64,000 nucleotides of DNA from Eledone cirrhosa. Its lineage: Eukaryota. How positions within the stretch are numbered: the stretch's first letter is position 1; each line of letters starts with the position of its first letter. This document shows positions 40,601 to 55,744 of the stretch, piece after piece. Location of the stretch: the NCBI GenBank assembly GCA_964016885.1, contig OZ024740.1, positions 228,966,001 to 229,030,000 of the forward strand, given 5' to 3'. Both the position numbers and the translations under genes were made by a program. The notes under the pieces were generated by a model. The model was not told the origin of the DNA and made no database searches. It was given only the letters and a program-made list of their open reading frames with translations.

Positions 40601-41320
40601 CCTGGCAGTGCTACAGAGGAGCACTACCAGTTCGAGACAAGCTCTACAGACATGGGCGCCCGGGCAAGGACCTTTCGAAAAAGATCTCTCCGAGATGCAT
40701 GCGAGACGAAGAAACCGTCGCGCACGCATTCGTACACTGCCCGGGCGTTACCGACCTGTGGGGCTATGTAGAACGACTATTGTCATGGGTGGGACCAATC
40801 CGGTTGACCACCGAGTCCATTGTCATGATCAAACCGCCACCCTCCTTCAAAAACGAAGGAGAGGCGGTTTTCCTTTGTGTGAAAGAGGTTGTATGGTGGA
40901 CAAGGTTGAAAGGGCTGAGGTCAGACACCTTTCTCTCCGGCCAGCAACTGATTCTTTTTTTCAAATACCACTTTGGAAGAAGAATCAGGATGGAGAGAGA
41001 GGGGCTGTACCCCAACAAATTTTTTAAAAGGTGGGTGAAAGTGGCGAGAATGACCTGTAGGTTGAGGAAAAAGAGCAAGAGAGGAAGGGGCTACTCACTC
41101 TTCGTACTCCTGGAGATGAGGGTTGCACATTTTTTCGGGGGTATGTGTTACCCATATGTAATGTCTCCCCCTATTGGGCAAAATCGATTAATTTTGTGAT
41201 AGTATTTTACACGTTTTTGTGATAGTATTTTACACGTTTTTACGTAAACTCCCCCCTTTGTATTTGTCCCTTTCTTTTGTGTCCCTGTGGCTAATAAAGA
41301 AACATATCTATCTATCTATT
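37683..41320 (+). mobile_element. Tx1/L1-like LINE, near-complete disrupted ORF2 (APE endonuclease, RT, CCHC)
   Basis: MANVRVGCVNVRGL, AAYAP, VGDWN, SDH, WKLN, KSPGLDSLP, KAFDRVDH, QGCPLS, YAAD. Frameshifts and a stop at 39863; aataaa followed by (TATC)n tail. Confidence 0.92.
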
Positions 41321-42005
41321 TGTCTATCCTAATTATGCGTTCGGGGTGCGAACTAAAAGTATTGCGTGGAAAATTGGCTGTATTATTTCATATGAGACAT
41401 ATCGAATATATCTCTTCCCAGACGGACGTCTCGTTTCATTATAGGATTCCTACAATTTGGGTGAAATTATACCAATTTATGTAGGAGCTTGTATACCATC
41501 AATAGATATATATTCAAGTGGGCTCCTATAATTCATCAGTGGGTGCCCCAATAATACTAATATTGATAATCTAACCAACATCAGTATTTAGCGATAATCA
41601 TCATCAGTGCCTGAGGTATCTGACAGGTTGCTAGTCCAGCAGTTCTATAGAAATGCTCAAACTGATTCAAAAATGAGGAAGTAAATTACCGCCAAAAAAA
41701 ACAATACATGCGCATGACAATGAACTCTAAAAGGAATTCAGGCCACGTGCTAGAACTCAATTGGAAATTGAAAAAATATCTATGTGTGTACAACATTTGA
41801 TGACACACACAGATATTTTCTCGGGCAAAATAACAGAATGAGATATAAGAAACAATTAATATTCATATATAAAAAAATAAACAAAGAAAGCCTAACCTTA
41901 TACCGGGAAATTCAAATCTGTTGCACCAAGAGTAAATAAATAAATACAATATCGGAGAAAACTTTTTAGCGATACTTCGGCCAAATATATATATATCAGC
42001 AAAAA

Positions 42006-42217
42006 GGCGTGTTACCGAGTGGTTAGAGAATTGGATTCGCAATCGTGAGGTTGTGAGTTCGATTCCTGGACCAGGCGATGCGTTATGTCGTTGAGCAAGA
42101 CACTTTATTTCACGTTGCTCCTTCTACCTGGAGTTGCGACCGATAGTTAGTATTAGCAATTGGAAAGACCAATGGAAACATTGTTCCCTCGGTCCGATTT
42201 GACGAAAGTCGATCGAT
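42006..42217 (+). mobile_element. tRNA-derived SINE with CORE-like domain
   Basis: ccgagtggttaga A box, gagttcgattcc B box, ttgagcaagacacttt CORE-like segment. Confidence 0.75.
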
Positions 42218-42244
42218 TAAGAATATATATATATATATATATAT

Positions 42245-42496
42245 AAACGGAAAAAATTTCTTAAAGAAAAAAAAACAGGTCTATTCAAGTTTATATAGAT
42301 ATCAAATTTTTTCCGTTTCTTCCACTGACCACTCTCCTCTATCTTTCTATTTCTTCTTTAATTTCTCATTCTATTTTCTGATGAAGGACTAGCGACCGAA
42401 ACGTTCAGGCTCTTTTCCTACTATATCAAGCGTAAAAAAAACTAATAATCTATTTCTTCATTATACTGTGTCGCTTGCTTTGTTATTTCTGTTTGC

Positions 42497-42502
<6 letters not shown>
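42245..42502 (+). mobile_element. Family F6 element with short inverted arm and HHR
   Basis: aaacggaaaaaattt/aaattttttccgttt arms; CTGATGA-aGGactagcgaCC-GAAA-CGTT at 42378-42405; ends at (CA)n. Confidence 0.65.
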
Positions 42503-42551
<49 letters not shown>

Positions 42552-42920
42552 CTATCAAAAACGTTTTCATTCACATGATCCTACAATATTTCTTGTTTCC
42601 AATGCTGTACAGAGATGCTTCTTATAATTCTCTCATCTAACTGTTGACTACCATTGTCTAAAGTTCCTTGCTAGGATTTGATACTTTGTAATAGACAAAT
42701 GAAATTGCGGCCATTACCGTGTTTCTGTTGATGCTACTTGAGTTACGTCTTCCACAATAACTTGATACAATCAACATATATATTTGTAACGTTGCTGCTG
42801 TATGAGAATACAGCTATCTTACTGCCGTAAGAATGTGCTGAATAAATTATGCTGTTTTAAGGACGTAACATATTTAATCTATGCAGTGATAACATTAGAG
42901 TTTATTACATGTAAGAGAAT

Positions 42921-43225
42921 CGAGGGTCGGCTGAAAAGTTCATAGGCTGACCAAGATACTCTCAAGGAATGCCCAAATGAGATTTACTTTTCAACATGGT
43001 CCCTGGAAAGAAACAATGCAGTTATTAATAAGAAGAGTTGAAATTAATGATAGATTGACCAAGATACTCTCAAGGAATGCCCAAATGAGATTTACTTTTC
43101 AACATAGACCCCGGAAAGACACAATGCAGTTATTAATATGTAAAGTTGAAATTAATGCATGCAGGATTTTACAGCTCTAGCATCAATCCTTCATAGTCAG
43201 CCTATGAACTTTTCAGCCGACCCTC

Positions 43226-43226
<1 letters not shown>
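42921..43226. mobile_element. Mariner-type MITE with 31-bp perfect TIRs and ~109-bp internal duplication
   Basis: cgagggtcggctgaaaagttcataggctgac / gtcagcctatgaacttttcagccgaccctcg. Confidence 0.85.
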
Positions 43227-43259
<33 letters not shown>

Positions 43260-43605
43260 CGACATCAATTTGATGGGTGGGGTAAGTCGATTATATCAAC
43301 TCCAGTACATGGCAGGTACTTTATTTTATCAACCTCGGAAAGATGACAAGCAAAGTTGACCTCAGCAAGATTTGAAATCAGAACATAAAGAGCTGAAACA
43401 AATAACACAAAGCATAATGGTTTCTGATTTAAGCACAAGGCCAACAATTTGAGGTGGGAGGGGGAAGTTCGATTAAATTGATCCCATAAATTTAAAAGGC
43501 AAAGCTAACCTCGGTGGGATTTGAACTCAGAACGTAAAGAGACGTAACTATATGCCACAAAGCATGTTGTCCGACGCTCTATAGATACTGCCAATCCACC
43601 GCCCT
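43260..43605 (-). mobile_element. Nin-domain SINE copies
   Basis: Two reverse-orientation copies. Confidence 0.75.
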
Positions 43606-44511
43606 TGATAATGCTTTCTGATTTAAACACAAGGCCAACAATTTTGGCCCGACAAAGTAAGTATTTGCCTTGAAAAAATATAAGTATTGCGGCTTGATAT
43701 GATTGAATTAACGCGGTGCTCCATCATGGCCGACAGAAACAAGTGAAAGAATATAAAAATATACGTTTGAAGTTTTTAATTAAATTTGAATCGGGTCTGA
43801 AATTAATAATTCGATGTCATGTTGCGTTTTTTTCTATGCCTCAACCTATGAGTCATATTGTAAAAATCTTTAAGTTATGTTCTGAACAACAGAATAACGA
43901 GAAAATTGTGTTACTAAATACATTAATTTTCCTTTTTAAAAAATGTTTTTTAAATTTGAAAATCACCGGCATTACCTTTTGTTAGAAATAACGTAACAAG
44001 GGGTTAAAACAGCTAAGATTTAGTATTTTTCTAATCCAATTGTATCATTTGATAATAATGATTCGTTTGGAGCGAAATATGATTTTGAAAAATGAAACTT
44101 TATTTTATTTAAAATTGTATTGTACAATCTTTCAGAGAAAAATGTTTTGAATTTTGAAAGGAGGGCGAGGAAAACGAGATATTGTCATTCCCCTGTCACA
44201 AATACAGACATTTGCTACAAAGCCATAAACTGTGGTAAGAACAACTATGTTTCACTGAAACATGTGGATTGTGGATACTGGAACTTAGGTTCCATCCATT
44301 CATGAGCCTTTAATTCTTGATGGAGCTGTCGTGGTATACGAGGAGCGTATCTTGGAGATTTAAAACCTGGCGGTAAACATTCCAACTAAACTTCTGTAAA
44401 ATTGCACTATACCATCTTAAACATAGAAAGGGTATACTAGATAATGTACTATTAGATATATTTAGCCCTAGATATATTATATCTGAACATTTGTACAACA
44501 CCAACAGCAAT

Positions 44512-44550
<39 letters not shown>

Positions 44551-46994
44551 AACAACAACAACAACAACGACAACGACAGCAGCGCTGGGAGGTTCACAAT
44601 CAGAAACAAAATAACCCCTTAATGCAGAAATCTATCGTGTTCTGACGGAGTTCTTCTTGCCTAACCTTGACAATTCAGACATACAAACCAGTCAAGAAGA
44701 CATTATGTGGACATTTGATCTGCTAGTAATAACCGCGAATTATCCCTCAAATCAAACTCTATTGCATATCTAAAAATAAGAAGGATAGAAAAAACATTGA
44801 AGCACATATTGGATAGAAAAAGCAGCCAAATTTCATCAAATACATGTTTTAAGGGACGGACCATTGGAGAACATAGTCCTTTATATACAAAATGAATTAA
44901 AAGAAACTTGGCGGAGAACATCCATGTTCCAGTCTGACACAGTCGATTTCTTCCAGGGGATGAGAAAATATTGGAAAGAGATATAAAGGAAGAATTGAAT
45001 CCAGTTCTACTCTGGTACTTTAGTTATCGACTCCGAAATGGCGATATGTAATTGAATGAAAGTCTGAAAGAGATACAGAGGAAGAATCGTTCTCAGTACT
45101 AGACTAATACTTTATTTATCGACTTCGAAAGGATGAAAGGCGATTTGATTTCAGAGAACTGATTGAGACTCACTGTTGTAGAACGTAGATTGCCGATAGA
45201 TAAACGGGAATACTCTAATCACCATTTATTGAGTTCAGATCTATTCAAATCTGCATTGTCACTCAAGGTTTATTGTTATTGTTTAGTATTCAACTCTCTT
45301 ATTTGACAAAGGCTCGTTTCGGCCGAAATATTATGAAAAAAGGAAACAATTAAACTTTTCTCTAATAAAAATTGCAATGTCATGTTTTTCAAATTTATAT
45401 TTATCTATATTTTTACATTAATTATCTTTCCTGTATTTACGTGACATAAATATTCTATGATTTTCGTCGATAGTGACTAGCTAATTGTTTTGATAACCAA
45501 AAAAATGAAACAAGAACTAATCATTGTACAGGCCTCAGGGGGTCCACATGGTAGGTTTTTAACTTCGTTATCTATTGTGTTAATCGAATGAGAGATAATG
45601 CAACACACCACTTTCTGGTCACAATGTGTTTCTACCACAAATAGAAATTTTTCTCAGAAATTATGTTAGCTATTTTCAAGATCTATGTGATGTTGGTAAT
45701 AGATAGCACAGAAGCTAATAAAGGAGACTTTATGAAGAGACAAGATCTGCTAGAAACAACAGCTAAATATCCTTCGCATCCGACCCTACAGTTCTTTAAA
45801 AAATAGACACGTTGGATAATGTAAATCAGGGAACATTATGCCCCTCCCGCTAAAACAATAAGATGGAATAGTCATGGTAGGAAAGCTTTTGAGCACACGT
45901 TTCCCTGACAAAATACGGTTTTTGTGCTAAACGACAACAATATCAACAGCATTTAAGGAAGATTATGCATATATTATATGTGCTGCGTTTATGAACACCG
46001 ACAAACCTCTAGGGAAATGGACCCAACGAATTCATCTACAGATATAATCTATCTACATTAATGTTAGGGTCAAGGTTAGGGTTAGGTTACGTTTAGGGTA
46101 GGTAATGTTTGTGGGAATGAGTTTCTAAATCCTACAGCGTAATTTCAACTCATTCCTACCTCTTTTCAAAGTAAACACAACAAAATAAATGCACCTCAAA
46201 CTATCTGCAGCGTCATTTACCGCATTTACTGACCCAAAATTTGAGCTACAGGGAGCCAAAGAAGGCCTCTATATGTGGTAATTCAATCTGCTAGAAATAG
46301 CAGCAAATCTTCTCTCCAATCGCACCCAACCATCTTAAACATAGAAATGGTATACTGTGTAATGTACTCTCCAATATATTTAGCCCTAGATATACTATAA
46401 CTAGGCGGCAAATTAGTAGAATAGCTGGAACATCGGATAGAATGCTTTGTGGTTTTTGTTTCGGTTGTCTGCTTTGAGTTCAAATCCCACTGAGGTCAAC
46501 TTTGCCATTTATCCTTTCAAGGTGGATAAAAACTGTACCACTCTAGTACTAGGCTGTATTCTTCCTCTATAACTCTTTCTCACTTCCATTATCTCACCCT
46601 CTCTATCCTTCTCTGGAAGAAATCTGCTGTATTCAGACCTGGAGAGGAATGGGCTTCGCCAGGCTTAAAATGCCCTAGAAACGCCGTATGACAATACAAC
46701 GCCATTACGACTCCATCGGGAGTTATGGCACAGTTCATACATACATACTATATCTGAAAAATTAGATTGGAATGTTATAAGTGAAATATGTTTTCTAAGT
46801 CAGCTTGGCTGGAGCAGATTTGGGACGGTGCAACAACAGCACAGCTGGGAGGCTCACCATCGGAAACAAATTAGCCTCAGCATTCAGAAATCTATCGCAT
46901 TCTGAAAGAGTTCATCTTACCTAACTCTGTTGCGGCCACCTCCAGATTATACAGACATACAAAACAGCCAGGAAGCCACTATGAAGACACATAA

Positions 46995-47770
46995 TCTATA
47001 CTATAAAGCTGACGGCCGTATGTATGTAACAAACTTTTCGCCAAACGCCTGAACCAAACGGCACCAAATTTGCACCATAGATGTAACTTTTTCCAAGTAA
47101 GACAGTGAGGGTATTTTCGTCTACTTAATTTTGTTAAAAAATTCAAGATATGTTATCGTTTATTTAAATATTCACTTCTTTAAAATTTTCAAATGTCAAC
47201 ACTTCCGGTTATACGACATTCCTAACGTCTTCACGAACCAAAGTATCGTCTTCCTGTTTTCTTTCCGTTGCAACGTTTTTCGAAATATTTACTTCTGCAT
47301 TCACAGATTGATTTTTTAGTTGCATACACAAAAACAAAATATAAACAAACGTATTTATTTCACGAAAGCACAGACGGCTTATCGTCATTGTTACTGCCGA
47401 TATGCTACCCAAAAAGTCCTAGCCTGGCCGCAAGATCAGATTTTCCAGAAGAAAAAAATGTTACTAGAGCAACAGAGAGACTAAGCTTCGCGATTACCAC
47501 CAACAAAGCTCAGGGTCAAACCCTAAAAGTGGCTGGCCTTCATCTGGGAAAACCATGGTCAATTGTATGTAAGATGCTCTAGGGTGAGCTCGCAAAACAA
47601 TCTCTTCATTTTTGCTCCCGAGGGCCGAACAAAAAATATTGTATAAATGTAATTTATGTATTTTCTGTTACTTGGAATTTCCATTATGGTTGTACAAATT
47701 ATTGTAAAGTTTGTTAAAAAATGTATTCTCTGTTCAACCTTTATTGTTGTAACTATCAATTTTCTTTAAC
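46995..47770 (+). mobile_element. Helitron deletion derivative with PIF1-like helicase remnant
   Basis: A|TCtatactataaag 5' end; RLSFAITTNKAQGQTLKVAGLHL is helicase motif V (FAMTINKSQGQ) at ~47478-47550. Confidence 0.7.
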
Positions 47771-47773
47771 GTA

Positions 47774-48623
47774 CTAGCTGCTGAACTGGGGAATCCTAAA
47801 AACTATTCAAACCCAACATCAGAGCATGTTAACTCCCCCTCCCCCCATCATCGCTGACTTGAGATGAGAGGGCGTCCGGTATCTTTGCACTGGAGTGGAT
47901 ATATATAGAGAGAGAGAAGGGGGGGGGGGTAAAGATTTATGCCCTAGGGACCGCATTAGGCGATTTAGCGATCTCTCTCTATAATTCTTAGTCTTTCTTT
48001 TTAGATAGATACATAGATATAACGTTGCGCCCTTATAATATCTGTCTGTATATCTGGCTGTCTGCATTACGTCATTATGACGCGATCAGTGTGTGTATAT
48101 ATATGTATCGTAATGCAGACAGCAAGACATATAGCTTTCCATCCCCTCTTCCAGCGTCTCTCTCTCTCTTTCCCGCTATCCCCCTCTTTTAGTCTGTCTG
48201 TTTCTTTCACTCTCACTCTTTCTCTTTATAACTCATTCACATTAATACGGGGTCGATAAAATAAAGAACCAGTAATGCTCTGGTTAATTGCTGGCCTTAT
48301 GCCAAACGTAGAAACAATTAATACTAAAGGGTTAAGGTATTGTTCTCAAAATAAATAATATTAAATTCATGAGATTTTTATATTATGTGAGATAAAGTCT
48401 TTACCATGAAAATAATATAGTATATATAGAGTAATGTAAATGCTAAAGGGTTAATTCCATCAGACCATGTGAGAGAGTTTATAATCATTCACGCACACAT
48501 ACACACTCACGCATGCAAACGCACACAAACTCACACACACACGCGCTCACGCACACACACACGCAATAGTTATTCCACTGTCATGTATCTTTGACGCATA
48601 CAACTCTCAAAAGTCGGCGTCTG

Positions 48624-48669
<46 letters not shown>

Positions 48670-49027
48670 GCTATCCCCCTCTTTTAGTTTGTCTGTTTCT
48701 TTCACTCTCACTCTTTCTCTCTGTAACTCGTTCACATTTCTCCCCTCTATCGAAAAACGCTGCGACGAATGGGGAGAAGGAGGAGGAGGAGTAGAGAGCC
48801 ACTTCTTCACTTCGCCTCTCCGTTTCTTTCTCTCCCCTCTCACTCCCTCATTATGTACAGACATTGGCCACTTCACTAATTCGATCCCTAGGTCAGAATA
48901 ATTTGAAATTTTATTTTTGCTCAAAACACTTCCGGGACTATACGGGTTACATGTGTAAAGTTTGAAAAAAAAAACGGTTGGGTACTTCTCGAGTTTTAGG
49001 GAAACAGACACACAGACAGACATCCTC

Positions 49028-49035
<8 letters not shown>
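47774..49035 (-). mobile_element. Probable non-autonomous Helitron-like element
   Basis: Minus 5' tatatataaaacagaggatgtctgtctgtgtgtctg; possible CTAG|T 3' end at 47774-47777; no clear hairpin. Confidence 0.4.
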
Positions 49036-49107
<72 letters not shown>

Positions 49108-49116
49108 CAAATATAC

Positions 49117-49184
<68 letters not shown>

Positions 49185-49390
49185 TAACAAGTTATCGTTA
49201 TAGGTAATCCAATTAGAGGTTGAGCATACATCGTATTTAAAATTGAGTGACACAACTTCAAGTGATTAGTAATTTTAAGACAACTTAATCAATGAAACAA
49301 TTGTTAATACTGTAAATAAAACCCTTCTTGTACTGTTGACCATGTTATTCTTCACTCTTTCAATGTATATATATAAATATACATAATGTA

Positions 49391-50250
49391 TTCTTCTTCT
49401 CCTTCTTCTTCCTGAGAGGATCGTTAGGGCAGAGTCCTCAAACACTCCTTCCAGTCAGAAGCAACCGTCTCCAACTGATCCGGCTGGATCCCCCAGCGAG
49501 ACCGGCCAAGCTCATGTATGTTATCCAAGTATCTTGCTCGAGGTCTACCCCTGGGTCTCCTGCCGGTTTGTTTTGCCCGTAAAATCTGTTCAGCGATTCT
49601 TTCTTGGGACATTATTACCACATTGCCATAGTAACGGAGCTGTGATCTTTCAATTCGGAGAAGTAGCGGCCCTACCTGGAGTGACTCTCTGACCTCCGAT
49701 CAAAACACTCTATCAAGTAATATTACCCCCACAAAAGCCTTCGGTGGAAAATCATTTCGGCCGCCTCTATTTGAAAACTTATTTTTTCGATCATTAACCA
49801 AGATTCATGACCATAGGTAAGGGTTGGTGCGAATACCGAATTGAAGATAGCGAGTTTGGTTTTTACTGCGACCTTCCTTCTAATTACCGGATGCTAAAAC
49901 TGGCGCATTACTGTACCAGCTCCTGCAATTATCGCACTTAATTCAGTCTCCTATCTTCAATCACTCGTGAACAGGGCCTAGACATACTTGAATTTATCTA
50001 CCTGCTTCAGTGGAACTCCATTCACATGTAGAGTGCACTGCGCAGGATTCCTTGAGAGGATGAGTGCCTCAGTTTTCTCAACACTGATTTTTATTTCAGC
50101 CATGAAGCATTCGGCATGAAACCTATCAAGTGGAAGTCGGAGATCACCTTCTGTCGAGTTAAGTAACACATGTCGTCTGCAAATTCCAGCCGACTGATTT
50201 TACATCCGCCCGTACATGTTACCACTTTCAATCCTATTCATGAAAACCAT
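49391..50250 (-). mobile_element. RTE-clade LINE 3' half (RT C-terminus)
   Basis: LEFADD, KISVEKTE, VDKFKY, RPRGRPRARY; (AAG)n tail at 49391-49410. Confidence 0.85.
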
Positions 50251-51370
50251 ACCACATCGTCCTTCGTGCCGGTTAACAAAGGACGCATTAAGGCCATAGA
50301 TAAAGTGGCCTGTTCGAAAAATATATTGCAGTCTCCATGAGCCGTAAAACCCAGCGAAGGTCTTGCACGTGTGCTGGAAGGCATGGGATTGACGAACAAA
50401 GACTGCGTATCTCGAGGCCCCAAAGAAGGTTCGGAAGGGAGCAAATCTTGACAATTAGAACCTGGAACTTCACAACCCTTACAGGTAAGGAGCGGGAACT
50501 AGTGGAGGAGGCTAGATGCTACCGAAACGTCCTCAACAAAGTCCCGTGACCCTGATGCTGTAGATTCGATGGAGGGTGGAAACTCCACTATTCAGGTGTG
50601 GCATCAGAAATGACTGCACAGTCGGGAGTGAGGATACTCACAAGCTCCCGACTGTCAGAATATTATGGACTGAATAACATTAGGAGGAAGGATTTGCTGC
50701 TTGAAGCTTAGGCTGAAAGATAGGTGTTTAGTGAAATTTAGGCACCAACAAGGAGCCCGACTACTTCCTTCATGAAATCATTGTAACGTTAGATGTATTT
50801 AAGACATATATCTTGATGGGATATCAATGCACATGTGATTAGAAGAGTGATTAGAAGGAATGGCGACGCCGATCTAAATAAGAATGGAGAGGCCTTATTA
50901 GACATCTGTTCAAGCAATGGACTCTCTATTATGGATACCTTCTTCCGGTACAGAGACATCCATAAATATACATGGTATAAGGGGAATTAGGGGCAGAGAC
51001 CAATAATTCATTTTTTTATTGTCTCTGATACTGTGCTGAGCTGTCAACTGATCAGCATCTAGATATCTGCAACTCGAGATTACCTAAAGCCAAAGAAGAT
51101 TAAAAAAAAAACTGGCAACTCCATGGTGACCTACAGGATAAAGTGGGAAGCATTGGTGAATAAGGAAGTCAGGACCAGGTATGCAGATACTATTGCATCT
51201 AAATTCAGAGAACACTCTGAACAAACTGAGGCTGTTGCGATTGAGTGGAGATTGTTCAGCTCAGTAGTTTCTGCTTCAGCTGTTAAATGGTGAACGAAAG
51301 TGGCTTGGTGCGGCGCTGGATGGCAGATGACTCTTTGATACAATCAAGAGATCAAAGATGCCACCCGAGC
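50250..51370 (+). mobile_element. RTE-clade LINE 5' part (APE endonuclease), inverted relative to the RT half
   Basis: LTIRTWNFTTLTGKERELVEEA, MGDINAHV, NKNGEALLDIC..NGLSIMDTFF..KYTW. Confidence 0.8.
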
Positions 51371-51371
51371 A

Positions 51372-51415
<44 letters not shown>

Positions 51416-51449
51416 ATATAAATATATATGTACATATATATATGTATAT

Positions 51450-51544
<95 letters not shown>

Positions 51545-52054
51545 AATCAAAGTATAGAAATTATTGTAGCAAGAAGCCAACAGTATTCCATAATATATAA
51601 GTGACTATAGCGTCAAAATAGAAAAATAGTTAACGTAAGATGTGGGAAAATAATTCAAACTCAATTCAAAGAAAATCAAGATATAGATTAATCCATAGAA
51701 TGTTGTGAAATCCAGGGAAAAATCAATAGAGCCTTAACTCAGAATAAAATAAAGTTTAAATACTCATCCTTCAATTTGGAAAAACTACAAATGCTCTGTA
51801 TAGTCTTAAAAAGACTATTAGGCGAAACTTTCAGTGGGGATGGTCACGGTTGGAATCGTTCATCAGCAGAGCTCAAAACAAGATAACCCTAATTTCACTG
51901 TAGAATATGCCAAAAAGGGAATTTAAAGACAGACTAAGTTCACCTCGTACGTAATTATGAAAAATAAACGCACATGGAGAGACGTAGCTGGTGACGTCAG
52001 AATGAGACGAATGTCTGTTTGCATGAAACAACAGTCAAAACATTCCGAAATATA

Positions 52055-52226
<172 letters not shown>

Positions 52227-52227
52227 C

Positions 52228-52473
<246 letters not shown>

Positions 52474-52510
52474 TAAATCATGTCCTTAGAATTATTAGAT
52501 AAAATATATA

Positions 52511-52546
<36 letters not shown>

Positions 52547-52603
52547 ATACTCTTTTACTCTTTTACCTGTTTCAGCCATCCGGCTGAGGCCATGCTGGGG
52601 CAC

Positions 52604-52698
<95 letters not shown>

Positions 52699-52959
52699 TA
52701 TATGTATGTATGTGTATGTGTGTGTGTGAAAGTGAGTGTGTGCATGTTACAGTTGGTTGTTGTCACAGGTTCTTGTTCCATTTTTATAAGAGTTTAAAGT
52801 GAGTAACAGCAGAGAGAGAGAGAGAGGTGGGCAATAGAGGGAGGGGAAGAGAAGGAGAGTGATACAAAGAAAGAGAGGCAAAGAGAGAGGGGACAGAGGA
52901 GCAGGGTGAGAGAGAGAGAAAGTGAAACATGGACTACTGACATTAAGAATGAGGTCAAT

Positions 52960-53785
52960 AGAGTGGTTGTGGTGATGGTGGTGGTGGTGATGGTGGTGGT
53001 GGTGATGGTGTTCATGTTGTTGGTGGTGATGGTGATGGCGGTGGTGGTGGTGGTGGTGGTGGTGTTGATAGTGATGGTGGTGGTGGTGGTAATGATGATG
53101 GTGGTGGTGGTGGTGGTGGTGGTGGTGGTGGTGGTGTTGATAGTGATGGTGGTGGTGGTGGTAATGATGATGGTGGTGGTGGTGGTGGTGGTGTTGATAG
53201 TGGTGGTGGTAATGGTGATGGTGATTATAGTGGTGTTGATGATGGTGATGGTGGTGGTGGTAATGATGATGGTGGTGGTGGTGATGGTGGTGGTGGTGGT
53301 GGTGGTGGTGGTGGTGGTGGTGGTGATGTTGGTGGTAATGTTGGTGATGGTGGTGGTGATGTTGGTGGTAATGTTGGTGATGGTGTTGGTAGTAGTGATA
53401 GTGGTGGTGGTGGTGATGGTGGTGATGTTGGTGGTGATGTTGGTGGTAATGTTGGTGGTAATGTTGGTGATGGTGGTGGTGATGGTGGTAGTGGTGATGG
53501 TGGTGATGGCGGTGATGGTGGTGATGTTGGTGGTAATGTTGGTGATGTTGGTGATGATGGTGATAGTGGTGATGGTGGTGATGTTGGTGATGGTGGTGGT
53601 GATGGTGTTCATGGTGATAGTGGTGATGGTGGTGGTTGATGGTGGTGGTAATGTTGGTGATGGTGTTAATGGTAATGTTGGTGATGTTGGTGGCAATGTT
53701 GGTGATGGTGTTTATGGTGATAGTGGTGGTGGTGGTAATGTTGGTGATGGTGTTTATGGTGATAGTGGTGGTGGTGGTGGTGGTT
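52960..53785. repeat. (GGT/GAT)n compound microsatellite
   Basis: Directly visible. Confidence 0.95.
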
Positions 53786-53979
53786 GATGTACAATCAGAT
53801 TATCTTTCCACTATATAGTTCATATTACACTTCTGTCTGTCAGTCAGTCATCATCACTATTAACATTCCTAGACGTTTCTTATTTTTAGCAAATCACCCC
53901 CACCCCTTCAACAAACTCCTATTGTGTATGCTTTGCGAACAATTTCAACTCAACCGAGTCGATATATATATATATACAT

Positions 53980-54035
<56 letters not shown>

Positions 54036-54041
<6 letters not shown>

Positions 54042-54247
54042 AAATGTTTAACCCCGACGGCAGAGCTCAAGCCGTTTCGACGGCTATCTCTGGACTAAAT
54101 TAGTCCAGAGATAGCCGTCGAATCGGTTTGAACTCTGTCGTCGGGGTTAAACATTTTCCTATTACCCACTCTACTACACTACCCTAAGTATTGAGTACTC
54201 TGGTGCGTTATGGTCCATCTGGTCCCTTACCACACTTCCTTCGTTAT
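54036..54247 (+). mobile_element. Family F4 hairpin element
   Basis: Arms ~54036-54097/54101-54162, tail to 54247. Confidence 0.85.
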
Positions 54248-54274
54248 ATATATATATGTATGCATGTGTGATTG

Positions 54275-55716
<1,442 letters not shown>

Positions 55717-55744
55717 CTTTCAATTGTCCATCATCCATATCACA

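Noticed and set aside
46060-46105. Telomere-like TTAGGG repeats (also 7490-7508)
   Set aside because: Only a few degenerate units inside apparent interspersed repeats; not a telomere.
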